64,000 bases of DNA from an uncultured Methanomicrobiales archaeon. Its GTDB lineage: Archaea > Halobacteriota > Methanomicrobia > Methanomicrobiales > Methanospirillaceae. Position numbers and translations under genes: made by a program. The stretch is taken from assembly GCA_963697895.1 (NCBI GenBank), contig OY969100.1, positions 608,001-672,000 on the forward strand. Direction: 5' to 3'. This document shows, piece after piece, positions 1 through 9,871 of this stretch; the stretch's first letter is position 1, and the number at the start of each line of letters is the position of its first letter. The notes under the pieces were generated by a model, which saw only the letters and a program-made list of their open reading frames with translations, was not told where the DNA came from and made no database searches.

Positions 1-1
1 G

Positions 2-637
2 ACTGAGGGGCTGGTCTATAAGGATGGTCTCTTCTATGAGAGCACCGGAAGGCTTTCGCATTCTTCCCTTCGGATCGTCGAGCCCCTGACCGGGAAGATC
101 CTGCGGGTGCAGAACCTTTCCCCGCTCTATTACGGCGAGGGGCTTTCAATCCTCGGGAACCGTATCTACCAGCTCACGTACAGGAACGGGATCTGTCTCG
201 TGTACAATCTTTCGACATTCGAGCAGATCTCAACGTTCACCTACCCGACCGAAGGCTGGGGACTCACGAACAACGGTACGGTCCTGATCATGAGCGATGG
301 ATCTGCGACCCTTTCTTTTATCGATCCGGACACCTTTCAGGTCGTGAAGCGGGTCACGGTGCGAAACGACGGGGTCCCGATCTCAAACCTGAACGAACTG
401 GAATACATCAGGGGAAAGATATACGCGAACATCTGGCTTACGGATAATATCGCGATCATCGACCCGGAGACCGGGGATATCGAGGGGATGGTGAATATGA
501 CGGGACTTCTCCCGCAGTCAGATCAGGAGGGAGTGGACGTCCTGAACGGGATCGCGTATGATCCCTCAGCTGACCGGATCTTTGTTACCGGGAAATGGTG
601 GCCGGACCTCTTCGAGGTAAAGATCGTGAGTTTATGA
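2..637 (+). CDS. Glutaminyl-peptide cyclotransferase (glutamine cyclotransferase, beta-propeller), 5'-truncated by window edge
   Basis: Frame is open from base 2 (TEGLVYKDGLFYESTG). Family motifs FGEG-like YGEGL, QLTY, EGWGLT, MSDGS, LNELEY, YANIW, VLNGIAYD, VTGKWW. Confidence 0.9.
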   Translation, partial: TEGLVYKDGLFYESTGRLSHSSLRIVEPLTGKILRVQNLSPLYYGEGLSILGNRIYQLTYRNGICLVYNLSTFEQISTFTYPTEGWGLTNNGTVLIMSDGSATLSFIDPDTFQVVKRVTVRNDGVPISNLNELEYIRGKIYANIWLTDNIAIIDPETGDIEGMVNMTGLLPQSDQEGVDVLNGIAYDPSADRIFVTGKWWPDLFEVKIVSL

Positions 638-867
638 AGGGAAATTTCTCCTGCAACCGCAGAAAACGGTGCCGTTCCTCGAGGAAAGTTTTACCGGGTT
701 CGAGAACCCCGGCACTCCCCGTAATGAATTAAAGCGGTCCCGTCCGGAATGAAAGACACTCCTGTCCGGGGAGCTCCCGGGTCCTCCCGGTTAGAAAATT
801 ATTTCGGGTGCGGGTATTCCGGGGAAACTATTTTTACGTCCCTGATCCTCCATCTATTCAGGAGATC

Positions 868-1026
868 GTGAGTAAGTACCGGCTGGTCGAGGCGGAGACC
901 GGGATCGTAATCCGGCATTATATCCGGACACTGCCCGGGGCTGAGCAGGAACGGAAATGGTATGAAGAGCAGACCGGGAGGGAGATCCGTATCGTGAAGC
1001 TCTTCCGGAGCGACGGGTATCCATAA
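868..1026 (+). CDS. Small hypothetical protein
   Basis: Part of ORF 808-1026. GTG at 868 is preceded by GGAG. Protein-like composition, and it fills the gap between two genes. Confidence 0.45.
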   Translation: MSKYRLVEAETGIVIRHYIRTLPGAEQERKWYEEQTGREIRIVKLFRSDGYP

Positions 1027-1098
1027 TGCTCTTTTATGCAGATACTTTCGGACCACTGATCAGGGGTATACTCCTCCGCTTCGGAAAAACCAAAAATT

Positions 1099-1611
1099 TT
1101 ACTCTTTTAATTTCTCCAGGGATGCGCGGATAAATGCCGGGATGTCCGGCGGGCCCCGGGAGAAGAGAAGGTTTCCATCCTCCACGACGTCCTCGTCCAC
1201 GAACTCCGCCCCCGCATTTTTGATGTCCTGGACGATGGAGACCCAGCCGGTGATCCTCCGTCCCTCCAGCACCTGTGCGGTGATGAGCAGCTGGGCTGCG
1301 TGGCAGATACCGAGCACCGGTTTTCCTGAGCGGACGAAATCCCGGACGAACGAGACCGCTTCGGAATGTGCCCGGAGCTTGTCCGGTGAATACCCGCCCG
1401 GGATGAAGAGGACATCGAAATCCTGGACTGAGACGTCTTTAATCGCCGCATCAATGTGAACCTTCGTGCCCCGGGCTTTTCCGGTCACGGTCACGCCCTT
1501 TTTAAGTCCGACCGTTATGACGGTGTGGCCCGCTGCCCTGAACGCTCCTGCAGGTTCATTGTATTCAACATCCTCAAACATGTCGGCGATGATTGCAGCG
1601 ATCTTCTTCAT
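1099..1611 (-). CDS. PfpI/DJ-1 family intracellular protease/deglycase
   Basis: FEDVEY, FIPGGYSPD, nucleophile elbow GICHAA, VVEDGNLLFSRGP. Confidence 0.92.
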   Translation of the reverse strand: MKKIAAIIADMFEDVEYNEPAGAFRAAGHTVITVGLKKGVTVTGKARGTKVHIDAAIKDVSVQDFDVLFIPGGYSPDKLRAHSEAVSFVRDFVRSGKPVLGICHAAQLLITAQVLEGRRITGWVSIVQDIKNAGAEFVDEDVVEDGNLLFSRGPPDIPAFIRASLEKLKE

Positions 1612-1728
1612 GGTAGCCCCATATCGGCAATGGGGATAAGATGCCTTAAGGATTCCTGCCGATCTATATCGCGATACGGATTCCTGATCTCTGTTCCTGC
1701 ATATAATCGAGTGGCGATATAAAAAAAA

Positions 1729-2106
1729 TTAGAAAGGAATCATTACTATCTGGATCTCCGGTAATTTTTGTGCGCCCGGCACCGTCTCCGAAATATTTAC
1801 CGCGATGCAGACCAGCCGGGTTTTCATCGGATCGAGTCCTACCTCCCTTAATTCCTCAGATATCCGGGGGAACTGGAAATCTTCTGAAAGATCCGTTTTG
1901 ATGAGGATATACTCACCCGTTGCGACAAAGGTCCCGCGAATGAGAATATAAGTAATATTGCCATCCGTTATCGTAAAAAGACAGTATTCATACAGTTCAG
2001 TCCCGTCGAGTATATCTCGTGACTGGAAAGAGGCTGACTTACCCAACTTTAGTTCCCGGCGAAGGATATCCTGGATCTTTTTGCTGCGAAACTCGAGCGA
2101 TATCAT
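1729..2106 (-). CDS. Hypothetical protein
   Basis: 125-aa ORF with normal composition and no better overlapping ORF. Confidence 0.65.
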   Translation of the reverse strand: MISLEFRSKKIQDILRRELKLGKSASFQSRDILDGTELYEYCLFTITDGNITYILIRGTFVATGEYILIKTDLSEDFQFPRISEELREVGLDPMKTRLVCIAVNISETVPGAQKLPEIQIVMIPF

Positions 2107-2352
2107 ATATGTTCCAGAATACCGCTGCGGGCAGATAAATTTTCGGATGAGAGAACTAATCTGTTAACTTGTCCCAGAGTATAAGGCTTAATCGATTCTG
2201 GCAAAAACGAATAAGATATTAGGTCCCATCCCTGCTGATAGGGTAGTTGTCAATCGGGAGCAGGTACCTGATCCCATTGCCGCATGGCACTTCCTCCGGT
2301 AGCTGAAAGTAAACGGGGGAATATGAACCGGTCTTGGAAACGATATCCCATT

Positions 2353-2652
2353 GAAGATCCCTGTCCATAATGGGTCAGGAATCCCCGAAATATCCGAGAT
2401 GTTCCGCCGGAAAAGACGTCCCGCCCCTGCGGTTTATGGGTCGGATCTTTTATCGGATGGGTTTAGGATATCCCTGATTTTGCCCAACTACTGGAGGGGC
2501 GCTATTAAGCACCTTTTTAACCGGCAGTTATCAATCCTATTCGTTAAAAAGCGGATTATATCGATATTTTTGAAGGCAGTGTTCAGGGTTTTCCCGACAT
2601 GATATGTTAATCTCTGCATTTTTGGAAAAATACAGTTAAAGAGGGGTTATTT
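2353..2652. repeat. Dispersed ~300-bp intergenic element, copy 1 of 5
   Basis: Blocks GAAGATCC / GGATCTTTTATCGGATGG / GATATCC / GGAGGGGCGCTATTAAGCACC / GGATTATATCGAT / GTGTTCAGG / GGAAAAATAC / GGGTTATTT are shared with four other loci. Confidence 0.9.
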
Positions 2653-2720
2653 CATGCGAATGGATCGACAAAAGAGGCGCATTGAAGTGAGAAAATAGGA
2701 AAGAGTAAAGAGGGATTGAT

Positions 2721-2927
2721 TTAAACGGATTTTGCCGCGAGCTCAACATCCTCTTTTTTAATCGTCTTTCGTCCTGCATGCATTGCATATTTATTGGCCT
2801 CTTTGGCCAGGGATGCAATGTAGTCTTCAGCCTTTGCCACGAGCGAGGCAGCTGCATCGTTACCGACGCGGTCTGCACCACTTTTCTTCGCAATTCGAAC
2901 AATTGCTGCAATAGGTAAATCTGCCAC
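2721..2927 (-). CDS. Archaeal histone (HMf-like), copy 1
   Basis: 68 aa; LPIA..RI.K.SGA.RV, HAGRKTIK.ED. GTG start with GAGGT RBS. Confidence 0.95.
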   Translation of the reverse strand: MADLPIAAIVRIAKKSGADRVGNDAAASLVAKAEDYIASLAKEANKYAMHAGRKTIKKEDVELAAKSV

Positions 2928-2960
2928 CTTGATTACCTCAACAGATAGTTATTTATATTC

Positions 2961-2979
2961 TATTTATATCTTCCTGTCA
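2961..2979 (-). promoter_or_regulatory. BRE/TATA promoter of histone copy 1
   Basis: Minus strand TGACAGGAAGATATAAATA, conserved upstream of both histone copies at the same distance from the start codon. Confidence 0.65.
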
Positions 2980-3345
2980 AATTCACGATGGATCCTGCCG
3001 AAACCGAATTTTGAGTTTCCGAAATGCCACCGGGGTCGATCGGATTTTATATTTTTAAGGAAATTCACCGGGTAGGAAGGACGAAGGAATTTCTGCAATT
3101 CTTTGGAATCAAGGACATCCAGGCTCATCCAGATAGATCCCGAATCGAAGAGGAATACGAGAACTCTTCCGAACCTCGATCATTTAAGTCCATTTGTCGA
3201 AGAAAAGACAGAGGGGCCGGATTTGAGATTACCCGACCGAATAAATCATATCGGTTTTTCAGACAGCAAGAAGGGGCCACAGGCAGGAAGTCAAAAAGTT
3301 CGCCCCTCCCCAGCCGCCTTAAATTTCAGGTATCTTGTCAGCATA

Positions 3346-4751
3346 TCAGAAGCCGGTATAATCCCGTCCATCCCATTTTGCCCGGCCCTTCAGGTACAGC
3401 CACCAGGCAGGCAGGAGGAGAAGAGGGGCACCCATGAGAAAGATAATGCCTGATGCGGCAATGCCGGCGAGAAACAGAGTCGGTATTCCCAGGAGAATCA
3501 TATAAAGGAGGAATACCTTCGCATTGTACAACATAACCCCGGGAGAGAGTCCCATGAGGTAAACGGTAACCGCGAGGGCATAGAAGGAGACAGATCCCCA
3601 GACCACGAGGACAAACAGGAGGTAGCTGCCGTATCCCGTTATCAGGGAAACTGTGATGAGCAGAATGGCAGGGATCACCTGGAGAACGGAGTAGGTTGCA
3701 GCCTTGCTGGTGATCAGGCGGGCAACCCCGAGCGGGAGGCAGCTGTAGACGCCGGGCGTGTCAAACTCGGTTATCCACGTGAACATGGTGGATGAGATGA
3801 TCCCGGTGATCAGGGCAAAAAAAACGATCAATCCTCCCTCGAACAGCATGCCTGAAAGGAGCGAGAGGAAGAACCAGATGATTCCGAGGGGAAGGAGAAA
3901 GGAAAAGAGTGTATGGCCTATTCCATTCCCGCTCCGGTACAGATCAAGGAAGTCCTTTGTGGTCAGGGGGGCTCGGGGAAGATCCGGAGGTCGCGGGAAA
4001 CCGGCGTGAAGAGATCCGGGTAACATTTTTCCGTATCATGATACTCGGTGGTGAAGAGGCCGAAGGCGAGGAGAAAGGGAATAAAAATCAGCAACAGGGA
4101 AAGAACCAGTACGAGGGGGGAGAATGCAGCATACACAAGGAGCGGGGGGAAGAAGAGCAGCGGATTGATCCCGGTCGCGGCCCAGGCGATAACCCAGACG
4201 ACAATTCCTATGACAACGAGAACTGCCAGGACCAGCCGGGAACGGGTGTAAATGACCGAAAGAAGAAAGATTACGGAAAGACCACAGAGAAACGAAAGAG
4301 TGATCGAGAATAGGAAGAGCAGGGAGCCTGAAACTGGGATCCCGAGGAATGGTGAGGCTACCATGAAGCCGGCACCGAAGGGAAGGATCCAGAGGATGAA
4401 ATAATAGATGATATCCTTGATCACGAAGTTGAGAAAGATGAACCTCTCCGTGAACGGAAGCGTGCGGCCCGAATAGGAGAGGAGACTCGCATGCCCGAAC
4501 CTCCGGTTCATGACTTCTTTTCCCAGTAATCCGAATCCCCCGACCATCATGCCCATGACGACAAACAGCGCGACGGTGACAGAAAGGACACTCCCCCCCG
4601 GGATTGCCGCTCTTATGAGCGGGAGGAGGAGAGCGCTCATGACGGAGGCGGCAAATATCAGGATCGGGAACAGGGCGAAACTGACACTCCCAAAAAGGGT
4701 GGAGTGCAGCCGCCATTCCTCCTTCAGCATTGCGAAGAAGAGATCAAGCAC
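3346..4751 (-). CDS. ABC-type exporter membrane subunit, split by one frameshift near 3975 (probable assembly error)
   Basis: Hydrophobic ORFs 3963-4889 and 3346-4026 join at ...RIFP / APLTTKDFLDLYRSG. GTG start at 4751 overlaps the ATPase stop. Confidence 0.75.
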
Positions 4752-5469
4752 CTGAACCGCCTGTGATAAGGGAGACAAAAAAGTCCTGAAGGTGCGTTCC
4801 GTTCTTACGCACCTCATCGATCGTTCCGCTGTACAGCAGATTTCCCCGGTGAAGGATGGCAATCTCAGAGCAGAGATCTTCCGCCACATCGAGGATGTGC
4901 GTTGAGAAGAATATGGTGTTGCCTGCGTGCACGTAATCCACGAGATATCTCTTCACCTTCTCCTGTACCAGGGGATCGAAATTGATCAACGGCTCATCGA
5001 TGACGGCAAGGACCGGGCGGTGGAGGAAGGCCTGGGCAAACATCAGTTTCTGCCGGGTCCCCCGGGAGAGGTCCTTGCAGAGCACATCCCTTTTTTCGGA
5101 GAAATCAAGGAAATCAAACCACCATGCGATCTGTTCGGCCGAATCGCCCAGGTTACGGACACTGCTCACAAAATGCAGATATTCTTTCGCGGTGAGAAAG
5201 CTCGGGGGTGATTCCTGTTCGGGGATAATGCCCACCCGCTCCCGCACCCGAATCGGATCCGTGGCAGGGTTGAAACCGAGAACCCGGGCCGAACCTCCCG
5301 TGGGCCGGATCTGACCGGTCAGCATTTTTATCATCGTGGTCTTGCCCGAACCATTGGGCCCCAGCAGGCCGAATAACGATCCTCTGGCGACTCCAATGCT
5401 GACCCCGTTCACCGCCCGGGTCTCTCCGTACTGCTTAGAAATTGTATCCGTGGCTATGACCTGTTCCAT
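4744..5469 (-). CDS. ABC transporter ATP-binding protein (ABC-2/multidrug type)
   Basis: GPNGSGKTT, LSRGTRQK, VIDEP, STH. Confidence 0.93.
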   Translation of the reverse strand: MEQVIATDTISKQYGETRAVNGVSIGVARGSLFGLLGPNGSGKTTMIKMLTGQIRPTGGSARVLGFNPATDPIRVRERVGIIPEQESPPSFLTAKEYLHFVSSVRNLGDSAEQIAWWFDFLDFSEKRDVLCKDLSRGTRQKLMFAQAFLHRPVLAVIDEPLINFDPLVQEKVKRYLVDYVHAGNTIFFSTHILDVAEDLCSEIAILHRGNLLYSGTIDEVRKNGTHLQDFFVSLITGGSGA

Positions 5470-5778
5470 GCTGCTCCTTCCTGTTGTTTATGCCAAAGGT
5501 CAGATGAACATTATTTTCACGTTCATGTACATTTTCGTAACGTATGAATTGGTGAGAACATGGAGAAAAATAATGTCATGCGTAAAATAAAATAAACAAT
5601 GGGGAGGATCAATACGCTCGAGAAAATTAGTGCGGGTGATCACGGCCCTTCTAAAATTACAATGGGCCGGTATTTTTCAAAATTTTAACGGGCCAAGTAG
5701 ACCCTGAACCCGCCTCTACAGAACTCTCCAGAGCCGCGTCGCATACCCTTTTCGTTGCCGGTGTCGAACAAGTCAGGA

Positions 5779-6588
5779 ATGATCCGTGAACGCTTCCCGG
5801 TAATCCTCGTACACGGGTGGAACAGCCACCCCGGGGTCTGGAAGAGACTGGTTCTCCGGCTCGAGGCACTTAAAATTCCCTGCCGGAACTTTGATCATAC
5901 GGGATTGTGCGATATGGCATTGCCGGAGATCTCCGGGGCACTCGGTGAATACCTGCGAGGAGTGCGGAACGAGAACGGCTGGTACGGGCCGGTCGATATC
6001 GTCTGCCATTCGATGGGGACATGCATCGTCCGGTACCTTCTTGAAGTGACAGACGGAACCGTACGAAGCCAGGCTGTCCGTCAGCTGATCGGCCTTGGAC
6101 CACCAAACAACGGCTCGGCACTTGCAGAACTCTTCAATGACCCGGTACGGGGTGAAGAGATCATCAACCGGCTCACCGGCGTCTTTGTCCCGCAGGGATT
6201 CGATCCGGTCTCCGACCGCATCGTTCAGGATGTACGACCGGGAAGCCCGGTCATGCGAACCCTTCGCACTGCCGGCTTACGACCAGACATCACCTACCGG
6301 ATAATCGTGACCACAAATCCCGAAGACATCCCCGGATTTTTCCCCTGGTTCGAGGGAAAGACCTGGGAGATTGACGGGGACGGAAGATACCGGGAGACCT
6401 TGGACGGGGACGGGGTGGTGCCGCACCGGGAGTCGGTTCTTCCGGGTATTTCTCTCGATATCCTGTCGGCATCCCATGAAAAGGAGGAGCATCTGCCGTC
6501 TCCTGAACGGTACTGCCATATCAACCTGCCGAAAAATCCCCTGGTCATCGACCGGATCATCCAGTATCTGACGAGTCAGGCGGGGTGA
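5779..6588 (+). CDS. Alpha/beta hydrolase (lipase/esterase-like)
   Basis: PVILVHGW oxyanion motif, VCHSMG nucleophile elbow, GPPNNGS, DGVVP, C-terminal His. Confidence 0.85.
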   Translation: MIRERFPVILVHGWNSHPGVWKRLVLRLEALKIPCRNFDHTGLCDMALPEISGALGEYLRGVRNENGWYGPVDIVCHSMGTCIVRYLLEVTDGTVRSQAVRQLIGLGPPNNGSALAELFNDPVRGEEIINRLTGVFVPQGFDPVSDRIVQDVRPGSPVMRTLRTAGLRPDITYRIIVTTNPEDIPGFFPWFEGKTWEIDGDGRYRETLDGDGVVPHRESVLPGISLDILSASHEKEEHLPSPERYCHINLPKNPLVIDRIIQYLTSQAG

Positions 6589-6819
6589 GGGATAAACACA
6601 CAAACGGATAAAAATTTTCTACAACTCCGTAACCCGCCGGATAAATTGCCAAAACGGTATGAAATCTCATAACCCGATACCCGAGGGCGAAACTGTTCGT
6701 TCAGCTTTTAAGCCAGTAAGCCTGCCCGCTGGTCGCTGCCTGTTGGATTACCCTTATCTGATGGGATGTTCTACCTTATCCTGATAATCAGGAGTATCTA
6801 CAATCCGGAAGGAAATAAC

Positions 6820-7188
6820 ATGAGAATACACGCGATCGTTTTAATCCTGTTCATTCTCGCACTATCCATCGGTTGCGCCACGGCCAGCGGCGTCCAGATG
6901 GGCAGCTACATGGACGTTACTTATGTCAACGTCGTGACCGACACCAGCCTCCGGAGCTTCCCGGCATCCGCGGACGTCCCGGCCGAGGCATCGTACTCGA
7001 TCCAGGCGAAAGGTGTCCTTGTGCAGACCCCGACGGGATTCGTCCTGCAGCCGGCAACCGGCTCGATCACCGCATTCATGAATGTTCACACGCCGGACCT
7101 TGTATACTCGGAGACAACCACGGCCAGCGGGTACATCGACAACTTCGTCAAGAACATGTATTACCAGGACGGGGCATTCCGTATCTGA
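6820..7188 (+). CDS. Secreted beta-rich hypothetical protein (possible sheath/cell-surface protein family)
   Basis: ATG at 6820, signal peptide MRIHAIVLILFILALSIGCATA, S/T/Y-rich beta-like mature part, biased codon usage. Confidence 0.75.
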   Translation: MRIHAIVLILFILALSIGCATASGVQMGSYMDVTYVNVVTDTSLRSFPASADVPAEASYSIQAKGVLVQTPTGFVLQPATGSITAFMNVHTPDLVYSETTTASGYIDNFVKNMYYQDGAFRI

Positions 7189-7298
7189 ATGGTATATGAA
7201 CAGAGAGAGGAACGGTATCGATCTTTCCTTTTTCTCCTCTTTTATCAGCTCATTACCGGCAATGGCGGGAAGTTCAGATCATTCGCATGGCATAACCC

Positions 7299-8141
7299 AT
7301 GAATAGAATCACAAAAATCATAACGGTCTCTCCAGTCTGGATAGGGACATCGGTTGCGGTCTCCGTGCTGGTAACAGCATCCAGTCTCTCTGGGATCCTG
7401 CGGGAAAATACCTATACCCAAGAGACCTATCGCCGGGCGCTTCAGTCGACCGTTCAGGATTATGTTACCTTCACCGTAGTGATACTGCTCCTGGTCAGCA
7501 CCTGTTTTGTTGCGAACCATTCAATCAGGGGATATCTCGTCTGGCTGGGGGCCTGCCTGTACCTTCTCTATTCGTTTATGATCTCCTCCTTTGCTCTCCC
7601 CTTCTCGTTCCTGTTCCTCATGTACGTCCTGATCATAGGTCTGTCATTTTACACGCTGGTCGGCGGGATGATGGCGGCTGACTGGGATACGATCGCACCC
7701 GTCCTGCGGGGAAATCCGGTGGCAAAAGCGGCCGGCGCCCTGCTTCTGGTTATCGGCGTCGTCTTCTCCCTTTTTTGGCTGTCAGAGATCATTCTGAATC
7801 TTCCTGCTGCCATGAATTCAATGGTACCTTCAGATATGCAGATCCCGGTCAGCCCGGTGCATTTCCTGTTCCTGTGCATCCTGCTTCCGGGGATCATCAT
7901 CACCGCAGTCTTACTCTGGAAAGAGAATCTCCTTGGCTATTTCATGGCGGTGCCGTTGCTCGTTTTTGCCGCAGCTGTGGCGCTGGGGATAATTGGTCTG
8001 GTTATCTCTTCCGCCATCCACCACCTGCCGTACTCGGTGCCGGTACTCGTAATATCCGGAATAATTCTGGTATTTAGTACGTGCTTCTCCTGCCTGTTCT
8101 TAAAAGAGGTGAAACAGGATGGGAAAACCATCCGGCCATAA
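7299..8141 (+). CDS. Multi-pass membrane protein of unknown function
   Basis: About 8 hydrophobic segments in 280 aa. Confidence 0.8.
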   Translation: MNRITKIITVSPVWIGTSVAVSVLVTASSLSGILRENTYTQETYRRALQSTVQDYVTFTVVILLLVSTCFVANHSIRGYLVWLGACLYLLYSFMISSFALPFSFLFLMYVLIIGLSFYTLVGGMMAADWDTIAPVLRGNPVAKAAGALLLVIGVVFSLFWLSEIILNLPAAMNSMVPSDMQIPVSPVHFLFLCILLPGIIITAVLLWKENLLGYFMAVPLLVFAAAVALGIIGLVISSAIHHLPYSVPVLVISGIILVFSTCFSCLFLKEVKQDGKTIRP

Positions 8142-8262
8142 GCAGGTAAACACCCTGGGATGCGTACAGAACCCTCATGAATCTCCCTACCTGCACGTTC
8201 CCGGGTTCGGGATTCAGCAACGAGCGGGAATTTGCCAGATATTAATCGATTGAAGGGTCAAA

Positions 8263-8595
8263 TCAGGTCCGATCGCCTGATGAAAACGACCTCATGCGAT
8301 CATCTTTGTGCTGGTGGTATTCCACCATTCTCCTCGCCTCTTCGACCGCATGCGGTATTTCCGGGATTCCGGTGAAGAGAATGCGTATCCCGTCGATATC
8401 ATCCTTGAGATAGGCAGCTTCAGGATAGAGCAGGAGGGTGATCTCCCCTTCCGGCCCGAAATGATGCTCCTCAACCTCTCCCCGCATATACCGTTCCCGC
8501 TGCTGCGTTGTCGGTGCAGCATATTTATTCTCGAATCTGAAGATACCCACGATACTTCCTGGCCTGTCTGGCCCGATATACGTGAGGGTCTCCAT
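8263..8595 (-). CDS. Hypothetical protein
   Basis: 110-aa ORF with globular composition; TTAAATA-like box upstream. Confidence 0.7.
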   Translation of the reverse strand: METLTYIGPDRPGSIVGIFRFENKYAAPTTQQRERYMRGEVEEHHFGPEGEITLLLYPEAAYLKDDIDGIRILFTGIPEIPHAVEEARRMVEYHQHKDDRMRSFSSGDRT

Positions 8596-8687
8596 CAGGC
8601 GTTATTTAAGGTATGGCGGGCGGGCTGAAAATGAATCATTAAGCCCGGGTCATGCGTCAGTATATAGCGTGCCGGGAGAGATCGAAC

Positions 8688-8855
8688 TTATCTCCTTTTT
8701 TTATTCCTCTGGTTAGCAGCGATTTTTTCTTTGGACGTCATCGGGGCAGGGGTGTCCCTGGCCCCGGGACTCTTCCCTTCTGATCCTGCGGGTGCTTTTA
8801 CATCAGTGCTCTCCGGCCTGCGGCTTGAACCTTTCCTGTTGCCCTGATCTTTCAT
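8688..8855 (-). CDS. Small basic disordered protein (55 aa; not in the ORF track)
   Basis: Manual translation: MKDQGNRKGSSRRPESTDVKAPAGSEGKSPGARDTPAPMTSKEKIAANQRNKKRR*. Resembles its neighbour at 9104-9256. Confidence 0.55.
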   Translation of the reverse strand: MKDQGNRKGSSRRPESTDVKAPAGSEGKSPGARDTPAPMTSKEKIAANQRNKKRR

Positions 8856-9103
8856 GATTACTCTTACGGTGCGTAATCACATAAACATGCTCTGAAAAAT
8901 AGCGAATTTAAACGGATGGAAAGCATATAATTCTCAATTTCACACTTGTTCCCCATAATTTATTCTGCTGGAGTATTATCCGGCCGCGGGTGTTTCAGAA
9001 AGACGAACGTGACCTAGATCCTCTGAAGAGGGCAGATCCCTGGAGCCGGGTAGATCTCGGGGACTTTCCGCGATTGGTGCCTTCGTGGGATCTTGTCCTC
9101 GGT

Positions 9104-9256
9104 TTATTTCTTTCTCTTCATCTTCGCCGCATTCTTATCCTTCAGGGAGTTGATCTTCTCCTTTGACAGGGTTTCTGCGGCCATGGATGGTGGAGGAGCT
9201 TTGGGATTATCCTTTGCCTTGTGGCCTTTTGCCTTTTGTTCGACCGGTTTTTTCAT
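9104..9256 (-). CDS. Small Lys-rich protein (50 aa)
   Basis: MKKPVEQKAKGHKAKDNPKAPPPSMAAETLSKEKINSLKDKNAAKMKRKK. TTTATAT TATA-like box about 25 nt upstream on the minus strand. Confidence 0.6.
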   Translation of the reverse strand: MKKPVEQKAKGHKAKDNPKAPPPSMAAETLSKEKINSLKDKNAAKMKRKK

Positions 9257-9380
9257 GAGAATACGTGAATAGCTGGAAATATAAACATGTGCTTTGGAAA
9301 TCGTGATATCAACCTGCATTTGATATTAATCACCGCTGACTGGAGACCTTTAAAAATTCACCTTCCATCATTGAGAGCAT

Positions 9381-9728
9381 TCAATCAGGATATATACTAT
9401 CATGTCCGGGGCGATGAGCAGTCTTTGGGGCTTTTTTTGGAGGGATGGGGGTCAGGTCAAAGATGTACGTGCAGGAAAGGCATCTAAGTTTTTCTTCTGA
9501 TTCATCTATCAGAATAATATTCATACTATGACATTCCGGGCAGGTTATTCCCTCCGTGCCATCTTGTTTTCTGTATCCCCGGTCTAAGACGATCATATCT
9601 TCGGCGCATATAGGGCAGATATACCCAATCGCTACATATTGAGTGGTTATTCCCCCATTTTTACGCTGAAAGATGCGTTCAAGAATTGAATCACAAACCG
9701 GGCATTTTTTTGTCGGATGGTTTTCCAT
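9381..9728 (-). CDS. Double zinc-ribbon protein
   Basis: Four CxxC pairs: CPVC, CPIC, CPEC, CLSC. Confidence 0.7.
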   Translation of the reverse strand: MENHPTKKCPVCDSILERIFQRKNGGITTQYVAIGYICPICAEDMIVLDRGYRKQDGTEGITCPECHSMNIILIDESEEKLRCLSCTYIFDLTPIPPKKAPKTAHRPGHDSIYPD

Positions 9729-9871
9729 AGCAGATATTATGCATTCATACTTTTTTTTCCTACGCCTTTATTGCATATGTTCATGGGCCGCGGAATATCA
9801 TCACCCCGGTTTATGAATAATTTTCTCTATTTTCTTATCATCAAGGACAAAAATGAATTATACAAAAAAAA

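Noticed and set aside
2353-2652. Element as classical integron attC, ORB origin box or MITE
   Set aside because: It has no RYYYAAC/GTTRRRY ends, no TCCAGTGGAAAC-type ORB, and no terminal inverted repeats or target duplications.
5670-5717. Possible sixth, inverted fragment of the element (GTATTTTTC ... CCCTGAACCCGCCTC)
   Set aside because: Only two short blocks match, their spacing is about 13 bp off, and the central dyad is absent. It needs an HMM test.
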